A DNA stretch of 64,000 nt from Eledone cirrhosa. Its lineage: Eukaryota. How positions within the stretch are numbered: position 1 is the first letter of the stretch; each line of letters starts with the position of its first letter. Of this stretch, positions 45,201 to 58,868 are shown piece after piece. The notes under the pieces are model-generated. The model saw nothing but the letters and a program-made list of their open reading frames with translations. It ran no database searches and was not told the origin of the DNA. The position numbers and the translations under genes are program-made. The stretch is from positions 5,270,001-5,334,000 of the forward strand of contig OZ024746.1 in the NCBI GenBank assembly GCA_964016885.1, in the 5' to 3' direction.

Positions 45201-45835
45201 TTCAGAGACTGTGTTTGTTATTTTGAATAATCTTGGGCGATTCCTTTGCTGTTCAGAACTCTGTAACTGCTGCATTGATTCATCTTATATTTTTACCTAG
45301 TTCTTGATGGAATCGTTTTTGCTTGGAGTCTTTGTTTGTTCAAAGGAGAATCGTTGTCGCTTTGCATACCAACGGATTCTTTGTAATTTTGTTGAGGATC
45401 TCTTGCTTCGGGCATTCTTCGATTTTAGGCATTTCGTTTACTTGTTATATTATATTTTTGTAGTATTTGTCCCTCATTCTTTTTCCACATTCGTCTTGTT
45501 TTGTTATTAATTATATTAAGAATTCAGGTATGTTTTTGTTTATCTATCTCTTACTATATTTTCCTACACGTTGTTTGTTGTGTTTCAAATTCCTATATGT
45601 GTAAATATGAAGGAGACTTCCCTTTCCATCCTAACTACAATGACTTTCCTATTTATTTCCTTTGACTTGTTTACACTGATTTACATGTTCGTTTTCATGG
45701 CGTTCGTTATTGTTGTTGCTGTTTTATCAATAACTTTTCTTGGGTGCTACTTTCGTTAACCCATAGGAACATTTATTATATCTTTCTCATTTTTCAATAT
45801 ATTTCTATTTTTGTTTGTATTAGTCTGGTTCTGCT

Positions 45836-46216
45836 TTTGTTGGTCAATATTTTGTAGGTGTTCGGCTTTCGTTGGTCAATGTTTTGTAGGTGGTCGGCTT
45901 TTGTTGGTCAATGTTTTGTAGGTGTTCGGCTTTCGTTGGTCAATGTTTTGTAGGTGTTTGGTTTTGTTGGTCAATATTTTGAAGGTGTTCAGCTTTCGTT
46001 GGTCAATATTTTGTAGGTGTTCGGCTTTTGTTGGTCAATATTTTGTAGGTGTTCGGCTTTTGTTGGTCAATGTTTTGTAGGTGTTCGGCTTTTGTTGGTC
46101 AATATTTTGTAGGTGTTCGGTTTTTGTTGGTCAATGTTTTGTAGCTGTTCGGCTTTTGTTGGTCAATGTTTTGTAGGTGTTCGGCTTTTGTTGGTCAATA
46201 TTTTGTAGCTGTTTGG
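45836..46216. repeat. 32-bp minisatellite
   Basis: Unit ttttgttggtcaatattttgtaggtgttcggc, about 12 copies. Confidence 0.95.
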
Positions 46217-46826
46217 TTTTGTTACTAAACTCACCGTTTTTAACCTTCGTTACATTCATAAGTATATATTTTTATTGTTTGTCTTCTTCTTCTTCTTCTT
46301 CTTCTTCTTCTTCTTCTTCTTCTTCTTCTTCTTCTTCTTCTTCTTCTTCTTCTTCTTCTTCTTCTTCTTCTAGAGAAGACGAATATCCTCACCGCATTGA
46401 TTTTTATTCCCACTGTGCAGCACTCGGCAGCAAACCTATTAAGTGAACGCTGGAGATCATATTCTGACGTTTTAAGTAAACCATCTCATCCGCAAATTCC
46501 AACCTAATAATGCAATTTCTTGATATATCCCTGGGGTTATCACTATGGCTAATAGTTTCGTCTTACTTCCAACAGAGAATGTATATCATATAAGTCGTGT
46601 CAATATATTCGGATGACAAACAGTAAATCCCATCACATCTTAGTTTCACTTCTATGTTACTTATTAATTCAATACCAATTTCCAATATACGCTATCTATT
46701 TATCTATTTTTTTGGATAATTTCTCCATTTCTTTCAGAACATATGGAAGACATCTGTTCTGATAATCTTTGAAAATATCTATTCCGTTTTCTAAGTCTTC
46801 CTGGGTAAATTTGCTATGTTCTAGAA

Positions 46827-46991
46827 CAGTCATGGGAAAACTACGGCCCGTGGGCTGCATGCCGTCCGTTTATCTTTCTAAATAGCACGCTTAATATCAA
46901 AATTGCCTCGAACCTTTTAGTTGTGCGGTCCGTCTTATGATTAACCACATCCTATGCGGCTTACTGCTAAAAAAAGGTTGCCCATGCCCTA
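46827..46991. mobile_element. hAT (Charlie-type) MITE
   Basis: Ends cagtcatgggaaaact / aggttgcccatgcccta; subterminal cggcccg; 8-bp TSD ttctagaa/ttcaagaa. Confidence 0.8.
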
Positions 46992-47759
46992 TTCAAGAAT
47001 ATGTTGACAATAAACTCTAAGGCATTCTGTGCCATATGTTTGCACCAATGCCTGCATGAGGCTATTTCATAAGTTTGTCACGTTTTTTGGTGTATGAAAT
47101 ATGAAATGTCATCATGAAATACTAATATCGACGTTCTCACATGCCAACTGAAGAAGCCTTGACATAATCACATATTGCAACATCCTTTGAGAGTCTGTAT
47201 ATGCTGTTTACTATACACAAAAACATGGTATATATGCCTTCATATACAATTTTATTATGAATCACGATATGTTAGTGCTAAGACTAGAGAGTAAGTTATA
47301 AATAAATCTATTCTTTCTTCACAACCCTTATATGTTATGCAGTTACTGTGTTTTTTAAATATGGTTTTGTTAGTTTCTTGATCAAACCTTTCCTTCTCTG
47401 CCCAGCTGAAAACTCTTGCATCTCAGCTTTGAAGCCCACGCTTGATACCAGCGCTGAGTTTCTTTAAAATGTCTGCTTTAGTAGGATTTATCACACATAG
47501 AGACTTTTCTTTCTAGAATCGTATAAAATTTTAGAGTAGACTTTAACTTTTCAATCGTTCATGAATGTTACCCAAGTTTCCATTTTATATTTATCGATTT
47601 CTCAAAAGAAACAAAACAACTTCGTCTTTTTCACGTGTTGCTATTCATATAAGAAAGGAAATGTCCAAATGAGAGAGAATAAGTCTGCTGGATTAGTTGA
47701 CAGCTGGACAATCAATTATCTGAGAGAAATCTACAATACATTCACCTTCTATTGAAGGG

Positions 47760-47828
<69 letters not shown>

Positions 47829-48059
47829 CTGTCTGTTTGTCTGTCTCTCTCTATCTATCTCCCCACTGTCCCTCTATTTCTCTCTATTCCTCACTCTCTC
47901 TCCCACTCTCTCTCTCCTTCTCTCCCTCTCTCCTCTCTTCCTCTCTCCCTCTCCTTCTCGCCTCCTCTTACTCTCTCTCTCCCTCTACCACTCTCTCTCC
48001 CTCTCTCCCTCTTTCCTCCTCCTCTCTCTCTCTCACACACACACACACTCCCCCCTCTC

Positions 48060-48145
<86 letters not shown>

Positions 48146-49520
48146 CTCTCTCCCCCCCTCTCTCTCTCTCACCGACTGAAAGTAAAACTATGAAATACTC
48201 CATGAAGTAGCCATGTAAGAACAAAGTTAATATCTTTATATTATACCTTCAGATGTTTTACTGCATCTATGGAGCGTTTCTCTTTTTTGTTAGTATCATC
48301 TTTTAGTCGGTGTCCACATCACCATCATCATCACCACCATTATCATCCTCATCACCCACCACCACCGCCGCCATCACCATCATCCTCACCGTCCCCCTCC
48401 TCTTCCTCATCACCATCACCACTACGACCGCCACCACCAACACCACCAACACCACTACCGCCGCCACCAACACCACCACCACCACCACCACCAACACCAC
48501 CAACACCACTACCGCCGCCACCACCACCACCACCACCACTACCACCGCCGCCGCCGCCGCCACCACCACCACCACTAACACCACCACCACCACTACTGTG
48601 ATATAGTAAGACGTAAACGTGTATCACATACAACAAACTCACTTCTATATAAAGTATAAAATATACAATAAAGTCACTTCTTATAAAGTATAAAATATAT
48701 GTAGCTTCTTAGAACAACAAAGAAACAGAAAAAAAAGAAGGCAAAAAAACATAAGAAAAACAAAACTAAATTCTAAAATAACAACAACAACGCAACCTCC
48801 ACCAACACCAACACTAAGTTGTAACTAAGTGAAGTTAGGGCAGTTAACAAGAAATCACAGCAAAACATAAACATCTTTGTTTTCAGTTTTACAATACAAA
48901 AAATACAGTATATTATTTTCTTGTAAAGAATTTGTGTGCAAGTATAGATTTTTTCTACTAAATAGAAAAGAAATTGAATTACATCTTAAAGAAATTGTTC
49001 AACTATATGAATCCACTAGGAAAAATAAGAGAGAAAAGAATTCTTATGATTGCAAATCTCTCTTCTAGTATCATTCATTTGAAAATAATTATGGATACTT
49101 TGAAATTCGTTATATGTCCTTTAATGAGATTTTTTCTCTATGATCAAGAACATTTTTCTAGCAATTCTTTAGTATTACTTACTTTTCTTTACTTTTCCTT
49201 ATGGAATTCCTAGAATTTGTATAATTAATTTTTTTAAATTAAATAAAAGAATTAAATCTAAAACAAAGCAAAAATAAAACGGGAATTAAAACAATAACAA
49301 TTACAATCAATTGGGTTTTATGTTTTGTTCGAAAATCAAAAAAAAAAAATGATTCTTGAGTTTCTGAGTACTTATTAGATTTGCTTTTATCATTTTTTAA
49401 AAAGTTATTTGGGTTTTATTTTTTCATTTTGTATTAGAATTGAGGGAATTATGCCCATCCATAGCATGATAGTACAAAATCCTCATTCTCTTTTCAAAAT
49501 AAATAATGTTGGTATAGGAT

Positions 49521-49581
<61 letters not shown>

Positions 49582-49686
49582 AACACACACACACACGCAC
49601 GCACACACACACATACACAAACACTGGGCCATAAACACTGACACAGGCACAAACTTAAGCATACATATAAACATATATATACTCTC

Positions 49687-49727
<41 letters not shown>

Positions 49728-49741
49728 TATATATATATATA

Positions 49742-50472
49742 CTAGCTAAACTACCCGTCCTTTGGACGGTTCAAGTAGCTTTCGATGTAGCTCTTTAAAC
49801 TAAACAAAATAAATTTGAATACATAGAAGAAAAACGTACTTTATGTAAACATGAAAACCTTAGGTACTATTCCAGCGAAATAATTAATATGTGAGTTCGG
49901 TGTCATCCGTTATACCATGTAACAACAGAAATCCAGTCTAGGTATAAATTGTTTTGACAACAGTAAAAGCGCATCATGAAATAGAGAAGTGTAGTGAATG
50001 ATAGACACTATTATGTACAAAGCATAATATTGTAAAAGTTATGACATCACTTAATGTATGAACATCAAGCTTGAAACGATAAATTATACAATGTCAAATC
50101 TATAACTTAACTTAGTAATCTGTTAGAAATTGCTGGTTGTGAAATATACAAAATGATATTGTTAGTCTCAAGGAAGCGTACCTTTTGTTTCAAGTACAAA
50201 GAGTAAATTAAAATGCGAATGAGCCGAATTACGAAAGATAACTCTTGTCTTACTTAATCACGAAAATTAAGACAAATAACCAACATTTTTTTAATGTCTC
50301 CAAAGGCCCCAATATCGATTTTTGAAAGCCTTTGTGGATCATGTACAGGTTTTGTGCCAGGAGAAGCTCTGTAAAAAATTTCAAAGAAATCGCATGAATG
50401 GTTTAGAATATATGAGCCCTCATTAAAAATTGTCCACACACACATACAGAAAATTTCGTCTTTATATATATA
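49742..50472 (-). mobile_element. non-autonomous Helitron
   Basis: Minus-strand 3' end: hairpin CCGTCC-aaa-GGACGG, ~9 nt, then CTAG followed by T. 5' end tatatataaagacgaaattttctgtatgtgtgtg (terminal TC not clear). Confidence 0.8.
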
Positions 50473-50501
50473 CGTATATATATATATATATATATATATA
50501 T

Positions 50502-50607
50502 AAGTTATTCCGGGTTCAATCGGGGGTAACCACAGTAAGGTACTCAATACATAGCAGAGTATAAATGTTTTAATATAGAAAAGCTTCTACAGGACTAGAA
50601 CTGTTTC
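50502..50607 (-). mobile_element. family F1 3' fragment
   Basis: Runs from GAAACAG through the tail; homologous to 15263-15372. Confidence 0.8.
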
Positions 50608-50666
50608 ACACACACACATATATATATAAGAGGAATATAATATATATAAATATATATATATATATA

Positions 50667-50755
50667 ATTGTTTCTACTTTTGGCACAATGCCAGCAATTA
50701 CCCAGTGCATTATTTTATCGACCCCGTAAGGATGAAAGGCAAAGTTAACCTCGAC
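50667..50755 (-). mobile_element. SINE 3' half
   Basis: ttttatcgaccccgtaaggatgaaaggcaaagttaacct near-identical to the SINE core at ~24970-25009. Confidence 0.8.
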
Positions 50756-51228
50756 CCACAACGTCGTGGTTGCAAAGTGAACTCCTTAACCAAATAGTCA
50801 TGCTTGTACCTATACGTCTCTCTCTCTCTCCCTCCCTCTCCCCTCTCTCTCTTCCTCCCTCTCTTTATTTCTCTCTCTATCCACACACACACACATTCAC
50901 ACACCCACCCACACACATATACGACAATTGTGACATATGAGCGCCAAGTAACCATTCATTCTGTCCCAGGCTGCATCGACATATTGTACTCACTTTCACG
51001 TGACCACCACAGACCAACTTACAGAAATAAGTCAGATTGGGGTATGTGTAGGACCTACTCGTAGTTCTCCTGTAATCGAGACGTTCAGTTTACCAAATAC
51101 CAAAGACAATACCTTCGCTTGCTATTGAATTGGGATTCAAAACCCAACCAAATCGGGGTTGATCTTCCTTGCCTTGCAGTGACCATCATATATAAAGTTT
51201 TTCTTGCCGGAGTTTGTCTAATGTTACA

Positions 51229-51660
51229 TGTGTATCACATAAAGTATTGCATAGTGTATCACATAGCCTATCACATAGCGCATTGCATAGTGTATCACAT
51301 AGTGTATTAGGTAGTGCATTGCATAGTGTATCAGATAGTGTATCACCTAGTGTATCACATAGTGTATCAGATATTGTATCAGATAGTGTATCAGATAGTG
51401 TATCATATAGCGTATTGCATAGTGTATCAAATAGTGTATCAGATGTATATCACATAAAGCATTGCACAGTGTATCAAATAGTGTACCACATAGTGTATCA
51501 GATATTGTATCACATAGTGTATCACATAGTGTATCACGTAATGTATCAGATATTGTATCACATAGTGTATTAGATAGCGTATCACATAGTGTATAAGATA
51601 TTGTATAATATAGTGTATGATATAGTGTATTAGATAGTGTATCACACAGGTGTATCACAG
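51229..51660. repeat. 12-bp minisatellite (TAGTGTATCACA)n, degenerate
   Basis: Direct inspection. Confidence 0.9.
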
Positions 51661-51729
51661 ACACGAAAAGGATTACAATATATAATATATGTAACGGCAA
51701 TGTTAAGCATTACATCACCTGCTACAGTG

Positions 51730-51930
51730 ATCAAGACTTTTGAATAGATTTACTACGATATATATTGTACATAAGACGAAGCATGTTGTGATATTCTGGA
51801 TATTTACCAAGATTATAGCTAGGATGTCTATCTTGGATTAATCCATCCTTTTGACTGGACTTGGCTCGTTCTGCTGGGATTCTACCAAATCTAATCACCA
51901 GGCAATCCTGTTTTGGTGCCAACATCTATT
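51730..51930 (-). mobile_element. decayed RTE-like C-terminal fragment
   Basis: PKQ..(F)G.....R..  QK.. pattern resembling RLPKQLLYGEL..GxR..GGQKKR. Confidence 0.3.
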
Positions 51931-51966
51931 GGATTAAACGTTACCAGTAGCTCTTACGGAGCAACT

Positions 51967-52055
<89 letters not shown>

Positions 52056-52056
<1 letters not shown>

Positions 52057-52254
52057 CGAAGGAAGTGTGGTAAGGAACCAGGCGGACCAAACGCACCAGA
52101 GTACTCGATACTTTGGGTAGTCGAGTGGGTAATAGAAAAGGAGTCAGGACCCCGATGGCAGAGCTCAAACAGTTTCGACAGCTATTTCTTGGTCTAGAAA
52201 TAGTTGTCGAAACGGCTTGAGCTCTGCCGTCGGGGTTCTGACTCTTTTCCTATA
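52056..52254 (-). mobile_element. family F2 fold-back element
   Basis: Palindrome 52132-52254 plus tail; TA-flanked. Confidence 0.85.
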
Positions 52255-52261
52255 TATATAT

Positions 52262-52550
52262 CAAAGGTATATATTGAGTTAGGAACTCAAAATAGTCTCT
52301 TACAACAAAATAGCTCCAAGAAAGAGATATTTCCGAGCCGTATATTATAATTGAATATAAAAGAAAAACGAACACAGCTATATACACATATGAGTTTGTA
52401 TTTATTTTCTTGATTTTTTCTTAAATTGAGACAAGCAAACCCAATTGTCTATAGTTAGTATTCTTTTCACTTTAGCGAATCTGGTCCCTTACGATTTGAA
52501 CTCATATATGTAAATATCTGTGTTCGTTTTTCTTTTATATTCAATTATAT
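52262..52550 (-). mobile_element. family F7 fold-back element
   Basis: Arms ~52344-52397 and ~52498-52549; tail shares gctcgga...tcttRgagc(t)tattttg with F6. Confidence 0.65.
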
Positions 52551-52574
52551 ATATATATATATATATATATTTTT

Positions 52575-52900
52575 AGACAACTCAATCAGAGAAACAATTG
52601 TTAGACTGTAAATAAACCCCTTTTTTGTACTGTTGACCATGACATTCTTCACTTTTTCAATTTTATTACTCCAAGATAAACTTACATAGGAATACAAGTG
52701 AAATCATAAACTCGCCATCTACGTAAACCTCTTGTTGAGTCAAACAAAGCCGTACGCTAAAACTATCCACATATACCCACACCTATCAACCTCCAAAACC
52801 AGCAAAATGGTTTCGCACGATCCAACCGCTACATATGATCTTTTCAAAAAGGATAAACTTCACATGGTAAGCAGACAGCTGCTTACCACGTGGCACATAC
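52575..52900 (+). mobile_element. PLE-related tail sequence
   Basis: 52663-52770 is homologous to the reverse complement of 29688-29791. Confidence 0.6.
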
Positions 52901-52904
52901 ATTA

Positions 52905-54960
52905 CCCCCCCCCCCTCTTCGCTGAGGCCGGGCGCCGCCTTCTGAGTGCAATTGTGGCCCTCACCAATAGGCTCATCCATGGCACCCTGGACCCTCACGA
53001 CCGAGGCCTCTTTTTTTCGGCTAGTCTCACCGCTCTCAGGAAGAAAGAGGGTGGCATACGCCCCATCGCTGTGGGCAATGTCTTCTGGAGGCTGGCTGCC
53101 AAGGTGGTCTGCAGGTCCATAACACCCGCACTGGGTGAGGAGTTCAGTCTGGTGCAACTGGGTGTCGGGGTGTTCGGTGGATGTGAGGGGCCGCACATGC
53201 AACCAGGCAGTTCTTCAATAGCTATCCACTGGAACCGGCATCCAGGGACTCCAGGCATCTCATTGTCAAGCTTGACATGAGGAATGCCTTCAACTGCTTG
53301 CGCCGAGACCATTTGCTCGATGTCTGCCTCAGCCGAGCCCCCTCTGCCTACCCGCTGGCCTACCTGTCGTATGGAGCCCCGAGCATGCTCCTTGCTGCTG
53401 ATACGGCCATAACTTCGGCTACTGGGGTCCAACAGGCCGACCCTTTGTGACCCCTCCTGTTTGCCCTTGGTACAGACCACATCACCCGGAGTATCACGGC
53501 CCCTCTCAACGTTTGGTATCTGGATGATGCTACTTTGGGCGGGCCCGTACAGACTGTCTGCCACGACCTACAATCGGTGGTTCCTGCCCTGGCGGGAATC
53601 GGCCTCCAGTTCAACTCGGCAAAGTCGGAGGTGGTGAATGTCAGCCACGATGCTCAGAGCTTTGCATCCTCCGTCTCGGACGTGGGGGTCCATTCTCCAC
53701 CAGGTACAGGTGATCCCCAAAGAGGATGTCCTCATCCTCGGGTCACCGATCCACAATCAGATCCAGGCTTCAACAACTCCAGACTCTCACGAGCCGACTG
53801 GGTGACCGACGGCCACCCAGCTCTCTTCCTGTTGAGGAACTGCTTCGCCATGCCGAAGCTCCTCTATACCGCTCGCAGCGCTCCGTGCTACACCCACACA
53901 TCTCTCCTCGCTGACCTCGATACTTGGATCCGAGCAACGTCAAGGTTGACGACATTGGATGGCAACAGGCCACTTTACCTGTCAGGTATGGCGGCCTTGG
54001 CCTCCGGTCCCTGACTCGCTGGCTTTGCCGGCGTATCATTCGTCGGTAACCTCGAACCGCGTCCTCGTCAGCAGGGTTCTTCAAAACACAATAGAACACT
54101 CTGTGTTCAGAGAACGTGAGGCTGCCTGTGAGACGTGGGACTGGCTGGGACTTATCCCAGTAGACGTCCCTCCTCCTTCTCCCTCTGTTGACGCCAAGTC
54201 CCCCCAAAGTACTTGGGATGCGATCCAGTGCAGCCTGGCCTCAGACTGGCTCACGCACCAGCTCTACCTGCACTGCCTTGCCTGCTTTCGTGCGGCCTCC
54301 AAACCCCACAGTGGTGCCTGGCTCCATGCCCTGCCCTCTTTGTCCACTGGCACGCAGCTAGACAACAATAGCCTGTGCATCGGCGTATCATTGAGGCTTG
54401 GCCTCCGGATCTGCGATCCACACCAATGTCGCTGCGGATCCACCGTGGACGCTTTCGGCCTCCACCCGCTTTCCTGTCGCCACAGTGCCGGCCGCCTTCC
54501 ACGCTATGCTGCCCTCAACGAGGTCATAAAGCATGGCTTGGACGCTGCGGGCTTCGCTTCCCAGCTCGAGCCGGTGGGGCTGGACCGAGGAGACTGCAAA
54601 AGGCCAGATGGCATGACCATCTTCCCGTTCCACGGTGGAAAACCCCTCGTCTGGGATGCTACTGCACCGACACTTTCTGCAGCCGCAACCTGGTGCAGTC
54701 TGCGACTAACCCAGGTTCTGCTGCACGTCGGGCTGAGGAGGCCAAACTCCTCAAATAGCGGTCGCTCTCCGACAGGTTTGCGGTGGTACTCCTGGCAGTG
54801 GAGACTTCTGGTGTCCTCGGCCCCAAGGCTACCTCCCTACTCACCACCATAGGTGCTTAACTGGCTAGCTGCAGGTGTTAACCCCGCGAGTTGGAATGGC
54901 TTTTCCAGCGCGTCTCCCTTGCCGTCCTCCTCGGGAACGCCTTCTCCATCCTGTCCGTCG
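52905..54960 (+). mobile_element. CRE-clade non-LTR retrotransposon (RT + Zn knuckle + restriction-like endonuclease), truncated pseudogene
   Basis: GGIRPIAVG..RLAAK; QLGVG..GGCE; VKLDMRNAFN; GVQQADPL*PLLF; WYLDD; SGAWLHALP; C.CG..VD..GLH.LSC; KRPDG.T; LVWDAT. Several frameshifts and stops; GC-rich. Confidence 0.92.
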
Positions 54961-55001
54961 CGTAACATTCCATATTTAGGTATCCGAAACACAAAACTTT
55001 A

Positions 55002-55060
<59 letters not shown>

Positions 55061-55061
<1 letters not shown>

Positions 55062-55242
55062 ACACTGGAAGGTAAAATCCGTAGTGGTAGAGCACTCAGT
55101 CCATAGGACGAGTTAAGTAGAAGTGGTAACACAACAGTTAGTTCACCATACCGAGAAGAATTGTTTCACCTTAGCGGATCTCCAGCTCAAGGCGAAACAA
55201 TTGTTTCTCGGTATGGTGAACTAACTGTTGTGTTATCACTTG
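55061..55242 (-). mobile_element. hammerhead family F4 fold-back element
   Basis: Arms ~55121-55172 and ~55189-55241; minus strand gag-CTGGAGA-tccgctaaggt-GAAAC-aatt-ctt-ctcgg is a mutated copy of 41270-41307. Confidence 0.8.
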
Positions 55243-55542
55243 TATATATATATATATATATATATATAGATATATATATATATATAAAGGCATTGAGCGC
55301 GCCACTGATCACTTTTAGATGTCTTGTATTAAGCGCCGAAACAGCTATGATCTCGGTTTACAGCTGATCAAGGGTTTCTTCTCTTGTTTCGTACACATTA
55401 CCATCTTAAACTTTGTTTAAAGTAACCACTTTATATATATATATATAAATATATATAAATATATAAAGGTATATATATATATAAATATATAAGGGTATAT
55501 ATATATATAAATATATAAGGTATATATATATATATATATATA

Positions 55543-55591
<49 letters not shown>

Positions 55592-55594
<3 letters not shown>

Positions 55595-56330
55595 CAAATA
55601 TAAATTCAGCGAGAATCGTATTTCGGCGGGTAGAAATAAGCGAAACGCAATTTCCGAGTTATGCTGGCAAGCGCTCCATGGGCCAAAAGAGACCAGAGCA
55701 ATAAACATAGGTTATAAGAGCCATACAAACTGAGACGGGGGTTAAGAGGCTATCAACCATCTAAGCCCCCCCCCCCCCCAAAAAAAAAAAAAACGAGGCA
55801 AGCTAAACCGGTCAAACAAAATAAATGAAATATTCACCCGGACCAATCGAAATGATGATATAATCCAGTAGAGGGTGTCTGCGACACCTAAATCCCTAAT
55901 ACCGTCTGCTTAAAATAATAAGCTTTTGGTATAATGATCGAACAAGGCTGTCACTTTCTCAACAGGTATTTTGTTCTGCGCCAGCGTACAGAGTCACGCA
56001 GTGTTTTGTAGTAGTGAAAGCACGTGCGTAACTCTACAGGGGAGAAAACCCCGGATTTTGGCAAATGAATTCAGTATGTGTAAATCAATGCGAAAATTGC
56101 AAAACAGCACAAATCGAATTAAGCTTTCGACCGGGTAGTTTTAAAAATAAACTTAAGCAATTAATCAGTCAATAGAATCATCTAAAAAAAATTAACTGGC
56201 TAATTGTTAAACTCGGGAGATTAATACAAATATAAATTCAGCGAGAATCGTATTTCGGCGGGTAGAAATAAGCGAAACGCAATTTTCGCGTTATGCTGGC
56301 AAGCGCTCTATGGACCAAAAGAGACCAGAG
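55592..56330 (+). mobile_element. ~630-nt structured element, copy C with head-to-tail partial repeat
   Basis: Unit restarts at ~56224 (period 632 bp) for ~105 bp; TA-flanked. Confidence 0.85.
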
Positions 56331-56365
56331 CTATATATATAGAGAGAGAGAGCAATATATATATA

Positions 56366-57306
56366 TCTGGGACTTGTCTATTTCTACTCACTTTCCGTTG
56401 CTTAAACCCTTTTTGTTGTTACTCTAGCGTCCCCCTTTATTTACGTGTCCCAACGACTTTTTTTAGCCGTTGTTCGCACCAACCTGAGGCATATGGCCCT
56501 TAAAGCGATGAAATGCCGAGGACGGTTGGAGGGTCACTGATGAAGGACTCACTTTTTCATATGTATCCCATTTGCAACGCCGCAGCTCCATTATTATCAT
56601 CATATTTACACATATTACTTTTCCATGCTGCCTGTCTGTTTCGTTCTTTGTACCTTTTACCCTTTCTAGCAGTCTCTCTCTCTGTTAGCCTCCTCCTCAA
56701 CTTTCACTCACTCATTCTCTGTCACTACCTCTCCTCCTCCTCTTTCCTCCTCCTCCTTCAAGTTTGACCTGTGTGTAATTCTTTTCTCGCGCAGTCTTGA
56801 CCGAGCTGGTATGGAATTTTTTTCTCTCTCTCCTTCGTCTGTGACTTCACAAAACTTGCGTTTACCGAATTCGCAGACCAGACCACCTTATCTTCTTCTT
56901 CTTCTTCTTCTTCTTCTTCTTCTTCTTCTTCTTCTTCTTCTTCTTCTTCTTCTTCTTCTTCTTCTTCTTCCTCTTCTCTCCTTTCTCTTTCTCTCTCTCT
57001 CTCTCTTTTTTCCCCCCGTCAAACTTGGGCGAAATTCTTTCCTTGCTCACATTTCTACCAGGTTCGATGGTCTTTCGTCTCTTGTTCACGATTTCACAGA
57101 GTTTATATTCATAGAGATCTGGGACTTGTCTATTTCTACTCACTTTCCGTTGCTTAAACCCTTTTTGTTGTTACTCTAGCGTCCCCCTTTATTTACGTGT
57201 CCCAACGACTTTTTTTAGCCGTTGTTCGCACCAACCTGAGGCATATGGCCCTTAAAGCGATGAAATGCCGAGGACGGTTGGAGGGTCACTGATGAAGGAC
57301 TCACTT

Positions 57307-57312
<6 letters not shown>
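56366..57312. mobile_element. TA-flanked element with ~195-bp direct terminal repeats (period 751 bp)
   Basis: 56366-56561 is essentially identical to 57117-57312. Confidence 0.75.
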
Positions 57313-57390
<78 letters not shown>

Positions 57391-57777
57391 CAGGGGCGAA
57401 GGGTCCGTGCATGCAACGCGTGCAGTGCATGCGTTATAGAATCTTGAGTTGATCAATTGCGTCGATTGAAGCAAGCAGAATTTTGGCTGCTTACTAAAAC
57501 GTATAGACACAAAAACAGATAACACACACACACACACACACACAAACACATACACATAAACACACGGCAGCTTTGGGGCAAGCAGAATTGTGACTGCTTA
57601 CTAAATCGTAGACACATAAAAAGATAACACACACACACACTAGATAACACTACATGCGGCTTTGACCGGGAGGGTCATTTAGAGGGAATTGGGGTGGGGG
57701 GTAAGGCTGCACAGCCCCACTTTCTGCCATGGCGATTGGACTGCATGCCCTGCTTTCCAGATTACCCTTCGCCACTG
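57391..57777. mobile_element. hAT-type MITE
   Basis: 14-bp TIR caggggcgaagggt / acccttcgccactg (one mismatch); 8-bp flanks gtgtgtat/gtatgtat. Confidence 0.8.
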
Positions 57778-58309
57778 GTATGTATGTATGTATGTGTATA
57801 TATATATATATATACGAACATGCATACATGTTCTGTTAAGCAATCAAAAAGATTGAATTGAAATATTAGAAAAGCGATTGAAGGAATTGCTTGACCAGAG
57901 AATTACTTCAGATTCTATTGTTTCTATTACTCGAATCCAATGTAGTGAGTATGTCTTGACAATAGATTCTCCGGTTAGCAACTTCTAGAATATATCTAGG
58001 TTAAAATGGAAACTGTAGTATAGTTTAAAATAATAACATAAGCATGAAGAATATATCTGAGAAAACAACTTGGATCAATAGAAAAACCATTACAGCGAAG
58101 TGATCTTTCTCTGAAGCTAGCAATTGAATGGAGTACAGGTGCCTAACGGTTGTCTTTTTAAATCATTCTTATCAACGTTGACGTTGAAAACGTACAGTGA
58201 GATGTATGACGTCACTGTGTAGAACAAAACAACATTTGGAAAATAACTACGTAGTAGTCATTACTGATACCTCCATCTTAATACTATAGTCGTTGCCATA
58301 ACTATTGCT

Positions 58310-58373
<64 letters not shown>

Positions 58374-58559
58374 CAACAACAACAACAACAACAACACCTG
58401 CAGCTGTGGTATTAGTAAAAATACAAGCAGAAAAAACAAGGAATAAGGGGTAAGAGATTTAACATTTCTGCAATGATATTGTTCTTAGGCAGTGATGCAG
58501 GAAAGGTGATCTGTTGCAATCAGACAAGTGAATCACTGCAGCCAGATATTAAATAAATA

Positions 58560-58598
<39 letters not shown>

Positions 58599-58837
58599 GT
58601 GTAGTAGTAGGTGTTGTAGTAGGGGTAGTAGTAGGTGTAGTAGTAGGTGTAGTAGTAGTAGGTGTAGTAGTAGGTGTAGTAGTAGGTGTAGTAGTAGGTG
58701 TAGTAGTAGGTGTAGTAGTAGTAGTTGTAGTAGTAGTAGTAGTAGTAGTAGGTGTAGTAGTAGGTGTAGTAGTAGGTGTAGTAGTAGTAGTAGTAGGTGT
58801 AGTAGTAGGTGTAGTAGTAGGTGTAGTAGTAGTAGTT

Positions 58838-58868
<31 letters not shown>

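Noticed and set aside
55300-55375. CTGATCA...GAAAC-agct..agct-GA hammerhead-like string
   Set aside because: The core and cleavage-site nucleotides deviate, and stems I and II do not form.
55660-56185. Group I intron, RNase P or rRNA identity for the ~630-nt element
   Set aside because: Only isolated short resemblances (e.g. ATGCTGG); I could not build the P4/P7 or other core pairings consistently in all three copies.
56478-56530. SECIS or kink-turn in the 195-bp repeat
   Set aside because: There is no AUGA or 5' internal loop, helix II is irregular, and the bulge is on the wrong side for a standard k-turn.
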